A stretch of 64,000 nt of DNA from Chitinophaga pinensis (GTDB lineage: Bacteria; Bacteroidota; Bacteroidia; NS11-12g; UBA955): the NCBI GenBank assembly GCA_945890895.1, contig CAMDDG010000001.1, forward strand, positions 37,705 to 101,704, in the 5' to 3' direction. This document shows, one piece after another, positions 29,654 through 37,512 of this stretch (position 1 is the stretch's first letter; every line of letters starts with the position of its first letter). The position numbers and the translations under genes were made by a program. The notes under the pieces were generated by a model. It did not search any database. It saw only the letters and a program-made list of their open reading frames with translations, and was not told where the DNA came from.

Positions 29654-29694
29654 GCGATTCTGGTGGAAGTATTTCGCCAGAATCGCTTTGTTTT
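29654..29694 (+). terminator. Rho-independent terminator after fbaB
   Basis: A 10-bp stem (gcgattctgg / ccagaatcgc) is followed by TTTGTTTT. Confidence 0.75.
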
Positions 29695-29731
29695 ATACTA
29701 ATCCAAAAATTACAAAAGATCTTACCTTAAC

Positions 29732-30634
29732 ATGGCTGAATCTGAATCTGAATTTGATGAGTTTGATCTCGAATCCTCTGAGTCCAAATGGTACATGCGT
29801 ACCCTCTCCGGAATCTTGACCAAAACCAAGGACAAAAAACCAACTCCTGATGGATTGTGGGAAAAATGCAAACGTTGCAAAGAAGCGCATCCAACTAAAG
29901 ATTGGATTTCCCATCTTTATGTTTGTCCGTCTTGCAATTATCACGATCGAATAGGTTCCACGGAATATTTCGAAATTCTGTTCGATGAGAATAAATTTAC
30001 TGAAATTAATGCCAATTTAACTTCGGGTGATCCCTTGGAATTTGTGGATTCTGCGCCTTATGTAGATCGCATTCAAGTAGCACGCAAGAAAACCGGATTG
30101 AATGATGCTGTTCGAACTGCTCATGGTAAAATCAATGGACAACCTTTAATTGTGGCTTGCATGGATTTTAATTTTATTGGGGGATCAATGGGATCGGTAG
30201 TTGGTGAAAAAATTGCCCGTAGTATAGACTACAGTATACAACATAAAGTGCCATTTTTGATGATTTCCAAGTCCGGCGGTGCTCGTATGATGGAAGCTGC
30301 ATTTTCGTTGATGCAAATGGCTAAAACAAGTGCTAAATTGGCGTTGCTTCACAAAGCAGGTGTGCCATACATTTCATTAATGACCAACCCAACTACTGGG
30401 GGAGTTACCGCGTCTTTTGCCATGTTAGGCGATTTCAATATTGCAGAACCTGAAGCGTTGATCGGATTTGCCGGTCCTCGAGTAATTCGTGAAACCATCG
30501 GAAAAGATCTTCCAAAAGGATTTCAATCATCTGAGTTTTTGGTTGAACATGGATTCCTAGATTTTATTGTAGATAGAAAAGAATTGAAATCCAAATTATC
30601 CAACTTGTTGAGCATAATTTGGGCAAAAAAATAA
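29732..30634 (+). CDS. accD: Acetyl-CoA carboxylase carboxyltransferase beta subunit
   Basis: It has a zinc ribbon ([13 protein letters not shown]...CPSCNYH) and the motifs [15 protein letters not shown] and SGGARMMEA. The acidic N-terminal leader may not be translated; Met 22 is an alternative start. Confidence 0.9.
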   Translation: MAESESEFDEFDLESSESKWYMRTLSGILTKTKDKKPTPDGLWEKCKRCKEAHPTKDWISHLYVCPSCNYHDRIGSTEYFEILFDENKFTEINANLTSGDPLEFVDSAPYVDRIQVARKKTGLNDAVRTAHGKINGQPLIVACMDFNFIGGSMGSVVGEKIARSIDYSIQHKVPFLMISKSGGARMMEAAFSLMQMAKTSAKLALLHKAGVPYISLMTNPTTGGVTASFAMLGDFNIAEPEALIGFAGPRVIRETIGKDLPKGFQSSEFLVEHGFLDFIVDRKELKSKLSNLLSIIWAKK

Positions 30635-30652
30635 TAAAAACACCAACAAAAT

Positions 30653-31033
30653 ATGAACTTTCCAGAAAATCTGAAGTACACCAAAGACCACGAGTGGATT
30701 TTGGTTGAAGGCGACACAGCTATCATTGGTATCACTGAATTTGCTCAAGGTGAATTGGGCGACATCGTTTTCGTTGACATCTCAACTGAAGGTGAAACCC
30801 TAAATTCAGAAGATGTTTTCGGTTCTGTTGAAGCCGTTAAAACGGTAAGTGAATTGTACATGCCTGTTTCTGGCGAAGTGATCGAGGTTAACAGCGCTTT
30901 GGATTCTGCTCCCGAGTCTGTAAATAGCGATCCTTACGGAGAAGGTTGGATGATCAAAGTTAAAATGAGCGACGCTTCTCAAGTGGATGGCTTGTTAAGC
31001 GCTGATCAGTACAAAGAACTTATCGGTGCCTAA
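30653..31033 (+). CDS. gcvH: Glycine cleavage system H protein
   Basis: [25 protein letters not shown] and the lipoyl-lysine motif [18 protein letters not shown] are present. Confidence 0.9.
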   Translation: MNFPENLKYTKDHEWILVEGDTAIIGITEFAQGELGDIVFVDISTEGETLNSEDVFGSVEAVKTVSELYMPVSGEVIEVNSALDSAPESVNSDPYGEGWMIKVKMSDASQVDGLLSADQYKELIGA

Positions 31034-31454
31034 TTGCAGCATGCAAAAAGGAATTTTTAAGAAATTAAATAAACGTCAAATCCCCGCAATCTTGTGGGGA
31101 TTTTTGATTTTTTACCTTACCATCAAACCTAAAAATACGTCCAATCATGAATTCCCATTGTGGCTAATATCCCTCAACCCAGATAAAATTGCCCATTTTG
31201 TTTTTTGGGGGATATGGTACTGGATTTATGACTTTTCATTAAGATTTCGAAATCCTCAATATCAAATTCAATTTGACTTGCCATTCTACAAGCGTTCTGA
31301 ATTTTATACCGCAGCCATGATGATTCTTTGCGGTGCATTGGTCGAATTTTTACAGTGGTATACCGATTGGGGCAGAAGTGTGGAGGCAATGGATTTTATT
31401 GCCGATACTTTAGGTGTATTATTGGCTTTTTGGTTGTTGAATCGAAAAAATTAA
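31026..31454 (+). CDS. VanZ-like small membrane protein
   Basis: It has four predicted TM segments, with [10 protein letters not shown] and the C-terminal [13 protein letters not shown]. Confidence 0.6.
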   Translation: MPNCSMQKGIFKKLNKRQIPAILWGFLIFYLTIKPKNTSNHEFPLWLISLNPDKIAHFVFWGIWYWIYDFSLRFRNPQYQIQFDLPFYKRSEFYTAAMMILCGALVEFLQWYTDWGRSVEAMDFIADTLGVLLAFWLLNRKN

Positions 31455-31502
31455 GCATGAAGTTGTTTATACTAATTGGTTATTAAATCGTACATATTGA
31501 TC

Positions 31503-32585
31503 ATGAAATTATCAAAACTAATTGTTGTAGTTATATTAACCGTCGCAATACAAGACGTATGCGCAAAAAACCTCGACGACGCATACCGTAATTCGATTAG
31601 AAGTAGTGAACTAAGCAGAGAAACTGGCAATAATTTTACCCATATCTTTCATGACAATCCTGTTCGTTTAATCAATGCGTTTGGTCTCACCAATAAGTTA
31701 ATAACGCCACCAGATTCTTTGTTGAGTTTCAATCCGGCTTGGGATACATTATACAAAAAGTATGGTGTTAAAGGTTGTTTTATTTTGCAGGATAAATATC
31801 GCGGTTCCATGATGACCAACGATTGGTTTATGGCTCAAACTCAAAAAACGCCCGCATCAACGTTCAAGATTCTGAATTCGTTAATTTCTTTAGAAACAGC
31901 CGCTATTCCCGATCAAGATTTTACATTAAAATGGGATAGTGTAATTCGACAATTCCCCAATTGGAATCGAGACCATGATCTACGTTCTGCGTATAAATAT
32001 TCGGTGGTATGGTATTATCAAGAATTGGCCAGAAGAGTGGGTGCTGATACGATGAAATTTTGGTTAGACAAAGTATCGTATGGAAATGCAGATACATCGG
32101 GTGGCATAGATCAGTTTTGGTTAACAGGCAATTTGAGAATAAGTCCCATCGAGCAAATTCTATTTTTACAAAAATTAGAGTCAGAGCAGCTGCCATTTTC
32201 AAAAAATACTATAACCATTGTTAAGGATATTATGATTCAGGAGCGCTCGGATGTGAAATCAATAAATTCATCCAACCAAAACAATCGCTCAAATCTAAAT
32301 TATCGCTTAAATCTCAATGAGCACTCCAAAAATAATCCACTCGCCAACCAATTTGATCACACCAACCAACGCAGTAATTATATTGTGCGTTGGAAAACCG
32401 GATGGGGCAATCAAGACGGTAAGGATATCGGTTGGATTGTTGGTTACTTGGAAAAAGGAGCGAACGTATATTATTTCGTGAATTGCATCGAAGCTGAAGT
32501 TGGTAAAACCATTTCGCAAGAGAATTTCTTGAGCGCGCGTATCGAAATTCTACAAACCATTTTGGAAGAGTACAAGACGAATTAA
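31503..32585 (+). CDS. Class D (OXA-like) beta-lactamase homologue with N-terminal extension and Asn-rich insertion
   Basis: The class D motifs appear in order: PASTFK, SVV, YGN, FWLTGNLRISPIEQILFLQKL, KTGWG. The ATG at 31503 gives the signal peptide MKLSKLIVVVILTVAIQDVCA. The ORF track begins at a TTG at 31476. Confidence 0.75.
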   Translation: MKLSKLIVVVILTVAIQDVCAKNLDDAYRNSIRSSELSRETGNNFTHIFHDNPVRLINAFGLTNKLITPPDSLLSFNPAWDTLYKKYGVKGCFILQDKYRGSMMTNDWFMAQTQKTPASTFKILNSLISLETAAIPDQDFTLKWDSVIRQFPNWNRDHDLRSAYKYSVVWYYQELARRVGADTMKFWLDKVSYGNADTSGGIDQFWLTGNLRISPIEQILFLQKLESEQLPFSKNTITIVKDIMIQERSDVKSINSSNQNNRSNLNYRLNLNEHSKNNPLANQFDHTNQRSNYIVRWKTGWGNQDGKDIGWIVGYLEKGANVYYFVNCIEAEVGKTISQENFLSARIEILQTILEEYKTN

Positions 32586-32758
32586 GATTGGTTTAATTCT
32601 CGATTTGTAGTTTATGCAAATCTTTTCAGGTCAGAATTAGGGTTCAATATTTCTTGAATTATTTGTGTATAGTTTATTTGTACACTGTACGCTCAAGCCT
32701 ATAATTTAACCTAAAAAATCTCAAATCAATCGAAATAGTATAGCTTTAACTAAACTTT

Positions 32759-33151
32759 ATGCCTAAGTTTGTAATTAAGCAGATAGAAGAAATTGTTGGA
32801 AGGGTAGCTTTCTATAAACTTGAAGTGGACGGGAAATGTCCATTTGATGAATTTTGGAAGGAAATTGAAAACGATGGAAATATGTCTAAAGAGCTAAATA
32901 CAATTCAAGCTAGGATGGGGCAAATTGCTAATATGGTTCATATACCGGGTGATAAATACCATAAACTAGAAGGCAATAATGATGAAAGGACTGAGTTTGA
33001 AATTAAAACTAAGAATCTTCGTGTATATTTATTTCATGAAACAGGAACAGGGAAAATTGTTGTGATTGGAGGAAAGAAAAAAGATCAAATGAGGGATATC
33101 GAGCAATTCAGAAATCTGAAGTCAGCGTATAAAAATTATAAGAATAGTTAA
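32759..33151 (+). CDS. RelE-superfamily toxin, HigB/Gp49-like (putative)
   Basis: The 130-aa product has the layout ...CPFDEFWKEI...KYHKLEGNNDERTEFEIKTKNLRVYLFHETGTGKIVVIGGKKKDQMRDIEQ, as in Gp49/HigB toxins. An HTH gene follows 1 nt downstream. Confidence 0.6.
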   Translation: MPKFVIKQIEEIVGRVAFYKLEVDGKCPFDEFWKEIENDGNMSKELNTIQARMGQIANMVHIPGDKYHKLEGNNDERTEFEIKTKNLRVYLFHETGTGKIVVIGGKKKDQMRDIEQFRNLKSAYKNYKNS

Positions 33152-33152
33152 A

Positions 33153-33548
33153 ATGAAAAAGTTTGAAGAATTGATAGAAACACCGGAATACTGGTTAGAA
33201 ACAATTCAAAATGAATTGTATCAGCATGTGTTTAATTATATGGAAAAAGAGAAAATCAATCAGACACAACTCGCTGAAAAACTAGGTGTGACTAAAGGAT
33301 ATCTTTCTCAAGTATTGAATGGCCATTTTAATCATAGACTTGAAAAATTAATAGAATTATCTCTAGCAATTGGCATAGCACCGGATATGGAATTTAAAAC
33401 GTTGCAACAATATCTTAAAGAACAGCAAATTATTAGAAGCGCATACGTAACAGTGAATGTACAAAATCTAATAGAAGATCAAAAAACAAATTTTATCGTA
33501 GTTCGAAATATTGAATCCAGCACCATAGTTTCTGCAATTCCCGCATAA
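33153..33548 (+). CDS. XRE-family HTH antitoxin (HigA-like) with ~50-aa C-terminal tail
   Basis: The HTH is INQTQLAEKLGVTKGYLSQVLNG. The tail contains AYVTVNV and NFIVVRNI. Its stop overlaps the next gene's start (TAATG). Confidence 0.65.
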   Translation: MKKFEELIETPEYWLETIQNELYQHVFNYMEKEKINQTQLAEKLGVTKGYLSQVLNGHFNHRLEKLIELSLAIGIAPDMEFKTLQQYLKEQQIIRSAYVTVNVQNLIEDQKTNFIVVRNIESSTIVSAIPA

Positions 33549-34000
33549 TGACGTATAATGTATTAAATAACGATCAGAATATTGAATTAGCCATTCTAAG
33601 AGTGGCTACTTTATCATTTCGTTGTAATGAATTTGTACAACTTTCAGCGGGTCCGAATAACGCTAATATCAATATAGGTGTACAAACTATGGTTGATTTG
33701 GAAAAGAATTTCGTTGCGCTAAATGTAAAGGTTACATTCACCCCCATTGAAGATCAAAATATTATTTTAATGGAAGGAGATTTTCAAACTATTTTTGGAA
33801 TCAATGATTTGGCAAGTTGGAAAAATCAACATAATGAAATTGCATTACCCGATGATGTAAACTATACCATGACGACCATTGCGCTGAGTCATGCCAGAGC
33901 ATTATTTGCTAACTTCTCAGCAAATGGACCATTTAAACATTTAATTATTCCTATTCTATCTAAAGAATGGATTGAAAGAGAATTGTTAAAAAAATTATAA
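33548..34000 (+). CDS. SecB-like chaperone candidate, third component of the cassette
   Basis: The 150-aa product was threaded by eye on E. coli SecB. LAILRVATLSFRCNE aligns with FQIQRIYTKDISFEAPN, VALNVKVTFTP..MEGDFQTIFGIN with VVLRVTVTAS..EVQQGGIFSIAG, and IALSHARALF..GPFKHLIIPILS with ILFPYARECI..GTFPQLNLAPVNF. Confidence 0.45.
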   Translation: MTYNVLNNDQNIELAILRVATLSFRCNEFVQLSAGPNNANINIGVQTMVDLEKNFVALNVKVTFTPIEDQNIILMEGDFQTIFGINDLASWKNQHNEIALPDDVNYTMTTIALSHARALFANFSANGPFKHLIIPILSKEWIERELLKKL

Positions 34001-34051
34001 GTCTAAAATATGAACTTATCAGGTCTTGAAAAACCACAGTGTAATTCAAAC

Positions 34052-34090
34052 AAAAATGCCTCTGAATTTTCAGAGGCATTTTTGTTTTTA
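34052..34090. terminator. Bidirectional terminator hairpin between the cassette and tRNA-Cys
   Basis: Perfect 15-nt arms (aaaaatgcctctgaa / ttcagaggcattttt) are followed by GTTTTT. Confidence 0.8.
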
Positions 34091-34091
34091 G

Positions 34092-34162
34092 AGGTCGGAA
34101 CCGGATTCGAACCGGTGTAGAGGGTTTTGCAGACCCGTGCCTAGCCTCTCGGCCATCCGACC
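34092..34162 (-). tRNA. tRNA-Cys (GCA)
   Basis: The reverse complement reads GGTCGGA TG GCCGAGAGGCTAGGCA C GGGT CTGCAAA ACCC ... ACCGG TTCGAAT CCGGT TCCGACC T. It has a 7-bp acceptor stem, a canonical T-loop, and an anticodon loop with GCA. It was folded by hand. Confidence 0.85.
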
Positions 34163-34243
34163 TTATTTTTAAGGAATGCAAAAATAGCTATTTTGTTCGA
34201 TTATGCAAAATCAATTTTTGAAGTTTATGGCAAAATATACCCT

Positions 34244-34924
34244 TTACATCGAAACTATCTCGCCATCTGCCATGTGAATTACCCGATCCGTTCGATCCGC
34301 GAAATCCTGATCGTGAGTCACAATCAATAAACTCGTTCCGAAACTCTGAGATAGCTCTTTGAAAATGCCAAAAACCATATCTGCGTTTTTGCTGTCCAAA
34401 TTTCCAGTGGGTTCATCACCCATAATAATGTCAGGATTGTTGATCAACGCTCGTGCAATAGCAACGCGCTGTTTTTGTCCTCCAGAAACTTGAGTCGCCA
34501 TTTTTTTTGCCTGCTCGGCAATATCCAACATACGCAGTTTTTCCATCGCATCGTGTTCAATTTCCTCCTTGGATTTACGACCCAATTTAAGTGCCGGCAT
34601 CATTACATTGTCCAACACCGAAAACTCGGGCAACAAATAGTGAAATTGGAATACAAATCCAATGTGTTCGTTGCGAACCACCGCCAATTCATTTGCAGAT
34701 AACCCATTGATTTTACTTCCTTTTAGGAAAATTTCTCCCTCATAGTCCGTATCCATCGTACTTAATATATACAATAATGTACTTTTTCCGCAACCTGATT
34801 TACCCATAATAGATACGAATTCACCGGCATTCATGTCGAAACTTACGCCTTTTAAAATCTGGATGGTTTCCGGATCATGAAAGTATTTAGTGACGTTTTT
34901 TATACTTAAAATAGGAGGGTTCAT
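34244..34924 (-). CDS. ABC transporter ATP-binding protein (MacB/LolD type)
   Basis: Walker [10 protein letters not shown], signature VSGGQKQR and Walker [13 protein letters not shown] are present. Confidence 0.9.
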   Translation of the reverse strand: MNPPILSIKNVTKYFHDPETIQILKGVSFDMNAGEFVSIMGKSGCGKSTLLYILSTMDTDYEGEIFLKGSKINGLSANELAVVRNEHIGFVFQFHYLLPEFSVLDNVMMPALKLGRKSKEEIEHDAMEKLRMLDIAEQAKKMATQVSGGQKQRVAIARALINNPDIIMGDEPTGNLDSKNADMVFGIFKELSQSFGTSLLIVTHDQDFADRTDRVIHMADGEIVSM

Positions 34925-35086
34925 GATAATAAGGATTTATTTTTTTGTGGTAAATTGTTTTTCTGGGGATGATAATTCAAAGTCCAAAATTATTGCTTGC
35001 TAAAAAAGGTCAACTCCAGTTTGTTATTTAATAGTTTCTATTTTGTTCTAAACGATCTTCCATCCCCCGAAAACACAAACAATCAA

Positions 35087-36340
35087 TTATTGTCCTCGGA
35101 TGATGTCTACGGGATCTATTTTACTTGCTTTTCGCGCCGGAAGGAATCCTGCAAAAAAGGTAGTAACCAATGCGAATACAGTTCCAATTATATAGTATCT
35201 GCCATCAAAATTTACCGGAAAGGTCTTGATGGTTGGCAGAGCTTGAGTTTCAAACGGCGCATGGCTGATGGCCAATGATACCAAATAACCCATGGCCAAT
35301 CCTATGATTCCACCCATAATTCCGATCAAAAGTGCTTGATAAATAAAAACGCGCATCACATCTCCACCCGAAAAACCAGTTGCTTTTAAAATGGCAATAT
35401 CATTCATCTTTTCATAGATTAACATATTGAGAATGTTGTAAATACCGAATCCAGCAACAATCAATAGAGTAATGGAAACCGCATACGTGATTAAATTTCG
35501 AATACTCGTGCCCGTTTCAAACTGAGCATTAGCCCTTTTTATGTCGATGGCATTTACCTGAAAATTGCGTTCCATTTCATACGACATTCCTTCTGCCAGT
35601 TCCATATTATGTAATTTAACATGGATATCCGTTACGTAGGAGGGACCTTCTTTGGCAGCTCTTTGAGCGGATTTTATATTCGCATAGCTTTGCAAATTGT
35701 CTATATCGGCCAATCCGCTTTGAAAAAAAGCTACAATTTTCAATCGGATAATTTCACCGTCAGGTGTCACCATTGAAACATAATCACCGACGTTCAATCG
35801 TAATTTTTTACCCACACCAGCTCCTAAAATGATTCCGTTATCGGTATTAGCCAAATCGGCAGGTTTTCCTTGAATAACATAATCGTGGAAATTGTACAAT
35901 CGTTCTTCCTCAAGTGGATTTATTCCGATGAGATTTCCGTTTAATAACAAAGTGCCCGATTGATAAAATACCCGAGCGGAAACTTGAGGGGTTACGCCTT
36001 TTACCCGAGGATCATTGAGCAATGCATTGATGATGGACCGATTATTACGAATATTGGATTGACTTTTTTTAGGTTTTATAGAATGAACTACATTGAATTT
36101 TTTTGAGTAACTATCGTCTAATTCTACCGGTTGTTTTTCGCTGGCTTCAACTTCATTATAAATGCGAATGTGAGGCGTTCGATTTAAAATTAATCCATCA
36201 AGCAATCCATTCAAACCGGTCATAAAACTAACCAAAATGATGAAAGTTCCTATACCAAAAGTAACGCCCAATGCGGCAATCGCCGTTTGTTTTTTCCTCG
36301 CGAGCAAATGGGTGCTAGCGATTTTCAACAGTACGTTCAT
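35087..36340 (-). CDS. ABC transporter permease, FtsX/MacB-type
   Basis: The layout is TM1, a large periplasmic domain, then three C-terminal TM helices, ending ...PARKASKIDPVDIIRGQ. Confidence 0.85.
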   Translation of the reverse strand: MNVLLKIASTHLLARKKQTAIAALGVTFGIGTFIILVSFMTGLNGLLDGLILNRTPHIRIYNEVEASEKQPVELDDSYSKKFNVVHSIKPKKSQSNIRNNRSIINALLNDPRVKGVTPQVSARVFYQSGTLLLNGNLIGINPLEEERLYNFHDYVIQGKPADLANTDNGIILGAGVGKKLRLNVGDYVSMVTPDGEIIRLKIVAFFQSGLADIDNLQSYANIKSAQRAAKEGPSYVTDIHVKLHNMELAEGMSYEMERNFQVNAIDIKRANAQFETGTSIRNLITYAVSITLLIVAGFGIYNILNMLIYEKMNDIAILKATGFSGGDVMRVFIYQALLIGIMGGIIGLAMGYLVSLAISHAPFETQALPTIKTFPVNFDGRYYIIGTVFALVTTFFAGFLPARKASKIDPVDIIRGQ

Positions 36341-36342
36341 GG

Positions 36343-37425
36343 TTATTTCTTTTTGGTATCGGGACGTTTAAGCGCGGTTTTCTCGGATATTCCATCCAAT
36401 ATTTCTACTTCTTGCAAATTTCGCAACCCTGTTTTTACTTTTACATCACCTTCGGATGTACTAACCGTATTTTCACTAGTGAAGTAAGATAATGGAACGG
36501 TTAAAACATCTTGTTTCTTGGAAATAATAATGTTGGCTTCTGCCGTTAATCCTGGATAAAATTGAGGGAGTTGTTTATCGGTAAATAATGCTTCCGCTTT
36601 AAACGTTTGACTTTTTACATCCAAGGCATTCCCGAGGAATGAAACTTGAGCTTTATACGTTTGATCAAACGCATCCATTTTTATGATAACTTCCTGATTT
36701 AATTGGATTTTCGTAATATCCTTTTCATCAATTTGCATGTGAATTACAAATGTATTTGGGTCACCTATAACTGCAAATACTTGTTGTGGATTTATAGCTT
36801 CACCAATTTTAAAGGGAAGTAAATACACCTTTCCATCTATGGGACTCACTACATCAAATTTTTGGGCATTTTCTTTTGCAATTTGAATGTTGTTTTGAGA
36901 TTGTATAAATCCATTTTCAATTTGTGGTTTCATGGAAGCATAGCGTTTTTTTGCCCCAATTAGTGCGTTTTTAGAAGCTTTAAATTTGAGTTCCGCACTT
37001 TCAAATTGAACTTTGGTACCTACATTCTGACTGAATAATTCACGTTGTCGCAGATAATTCACTGAATCCAATAAATACTGTTGTTTTAAAGTCTCAATTT
37101 GAGTTTTTAATTCTTCCAATTGATTTTCAGCAGCTTTGGCAGTTGATGCTTGAAACTCTGCATTTTTTAAGTTTAGGTTGGAAATGTTGCCGTTGAGAGA
37201 CGCAATCAATTGTCCCTTTTTAACCGTTTGGCCTTCTGTAACATGATATTGAGTCAATATTCCCGAGACTTCCGTTCTCAAATCAATTTGATTGAGCGCC
37301 TTTAGTTGGGAACTTGCGTAAATGGATTCAACCAATTCTTTTTTTTGGGGATATTCAGAAGTTTCCTTTTTACCGCAAGATGCCAATAATAGGGTTAAGC
37401 TGAGAACGGGGATGAGAAATTTCAT
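36343..37425 (-). CDS. Efflux periplasmic adaptor lipoprotein (HlyD family)
   Basis: It has a lipobox (LLLASCGK), a coiled-coil segment, and TEVSGILTQYHVTEGQTVKKGQLI. Confidence 0.8.
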   Translation of the reverse strand: MKFLIPVLSLTLLLASCGKKETSEYPQKKELVESIYASSQLKALNQIDLRTEVSGILTQYHVTEGQTVKKGQLIASLNGNISNLNLKNAEFQASTAKAAENQLEELKTQIETLKQQYLLDSVNYLRQRELFSQNVGTKVQFESAELKFKASKNALIGAKKRYASMKPQIENGFIQSQNNIQIAKENAQKFDVVSPIDGKVYLLPFKIGEAINPQQVFAVIGDPNTFVIHMQIDEKDITKIQLNQEVIIKMDAFDQTYKAQVSFLGNALDVKSQTFKAEALFTDKQLPQFYPGLTAEANIIISKKQDVLTVPLSYFTSENTVSTSEGDVKVKTGLRNLQEVEILDGISEKTALKRPDTKKK

Positions 37426-37512
37426 AGTTTAATGGGTTTTTGGTAAATAGTATTAACGAGGAAATAAATAGGATTTAATTTTAATTGGAAAAAGTATGAA
37501 TATAAGTATGTG

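Noticed and set aside
31080-31112. Terminator-like hairpin (ATCCCC...GGGGAT followed by a T-run) just after gcvH.
   Set aside because: It lies inside the VanZ-like reading frame and encodes its first TM helix ([11 protein letters not shown]). No alternative downstream start exists. I therefore did not call it a terminator.
32629-32648. Possible att-like remnant (GGTCAGAATTAGGGTTCAAT) resembling the tRNA-Cys 3' half (GGTCGGAACCGGATTCGAAC), which would delimit the TA islet.
   Set aside because: Only 11 of 20 positions match in an ungapped hand alignment. That is not distinguishable from chance, and no integrase is present.
32680-32690. Short palindrome GTACA-C-TGTAC upstream of the toxin gene, as a possible antitoxin operator.
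   Set aside because: The arms are only 5 bp. It is too short to support a call without binding data or conservation.
33960-34181. 73-aa minus-strand ORF.
   Set aside because: It spans the terminator hairpin and the tRNA-Cys gene, so it is an artefact of the tRNA sequence.
34997-35278. 93-aa plus-strand ORF in and beyond the ABC-operon spacer.
   Set aside because: It runs antisense into the FtsX-type permease gene. It has no signal of a real protein. The spacer is treated as non-coding.
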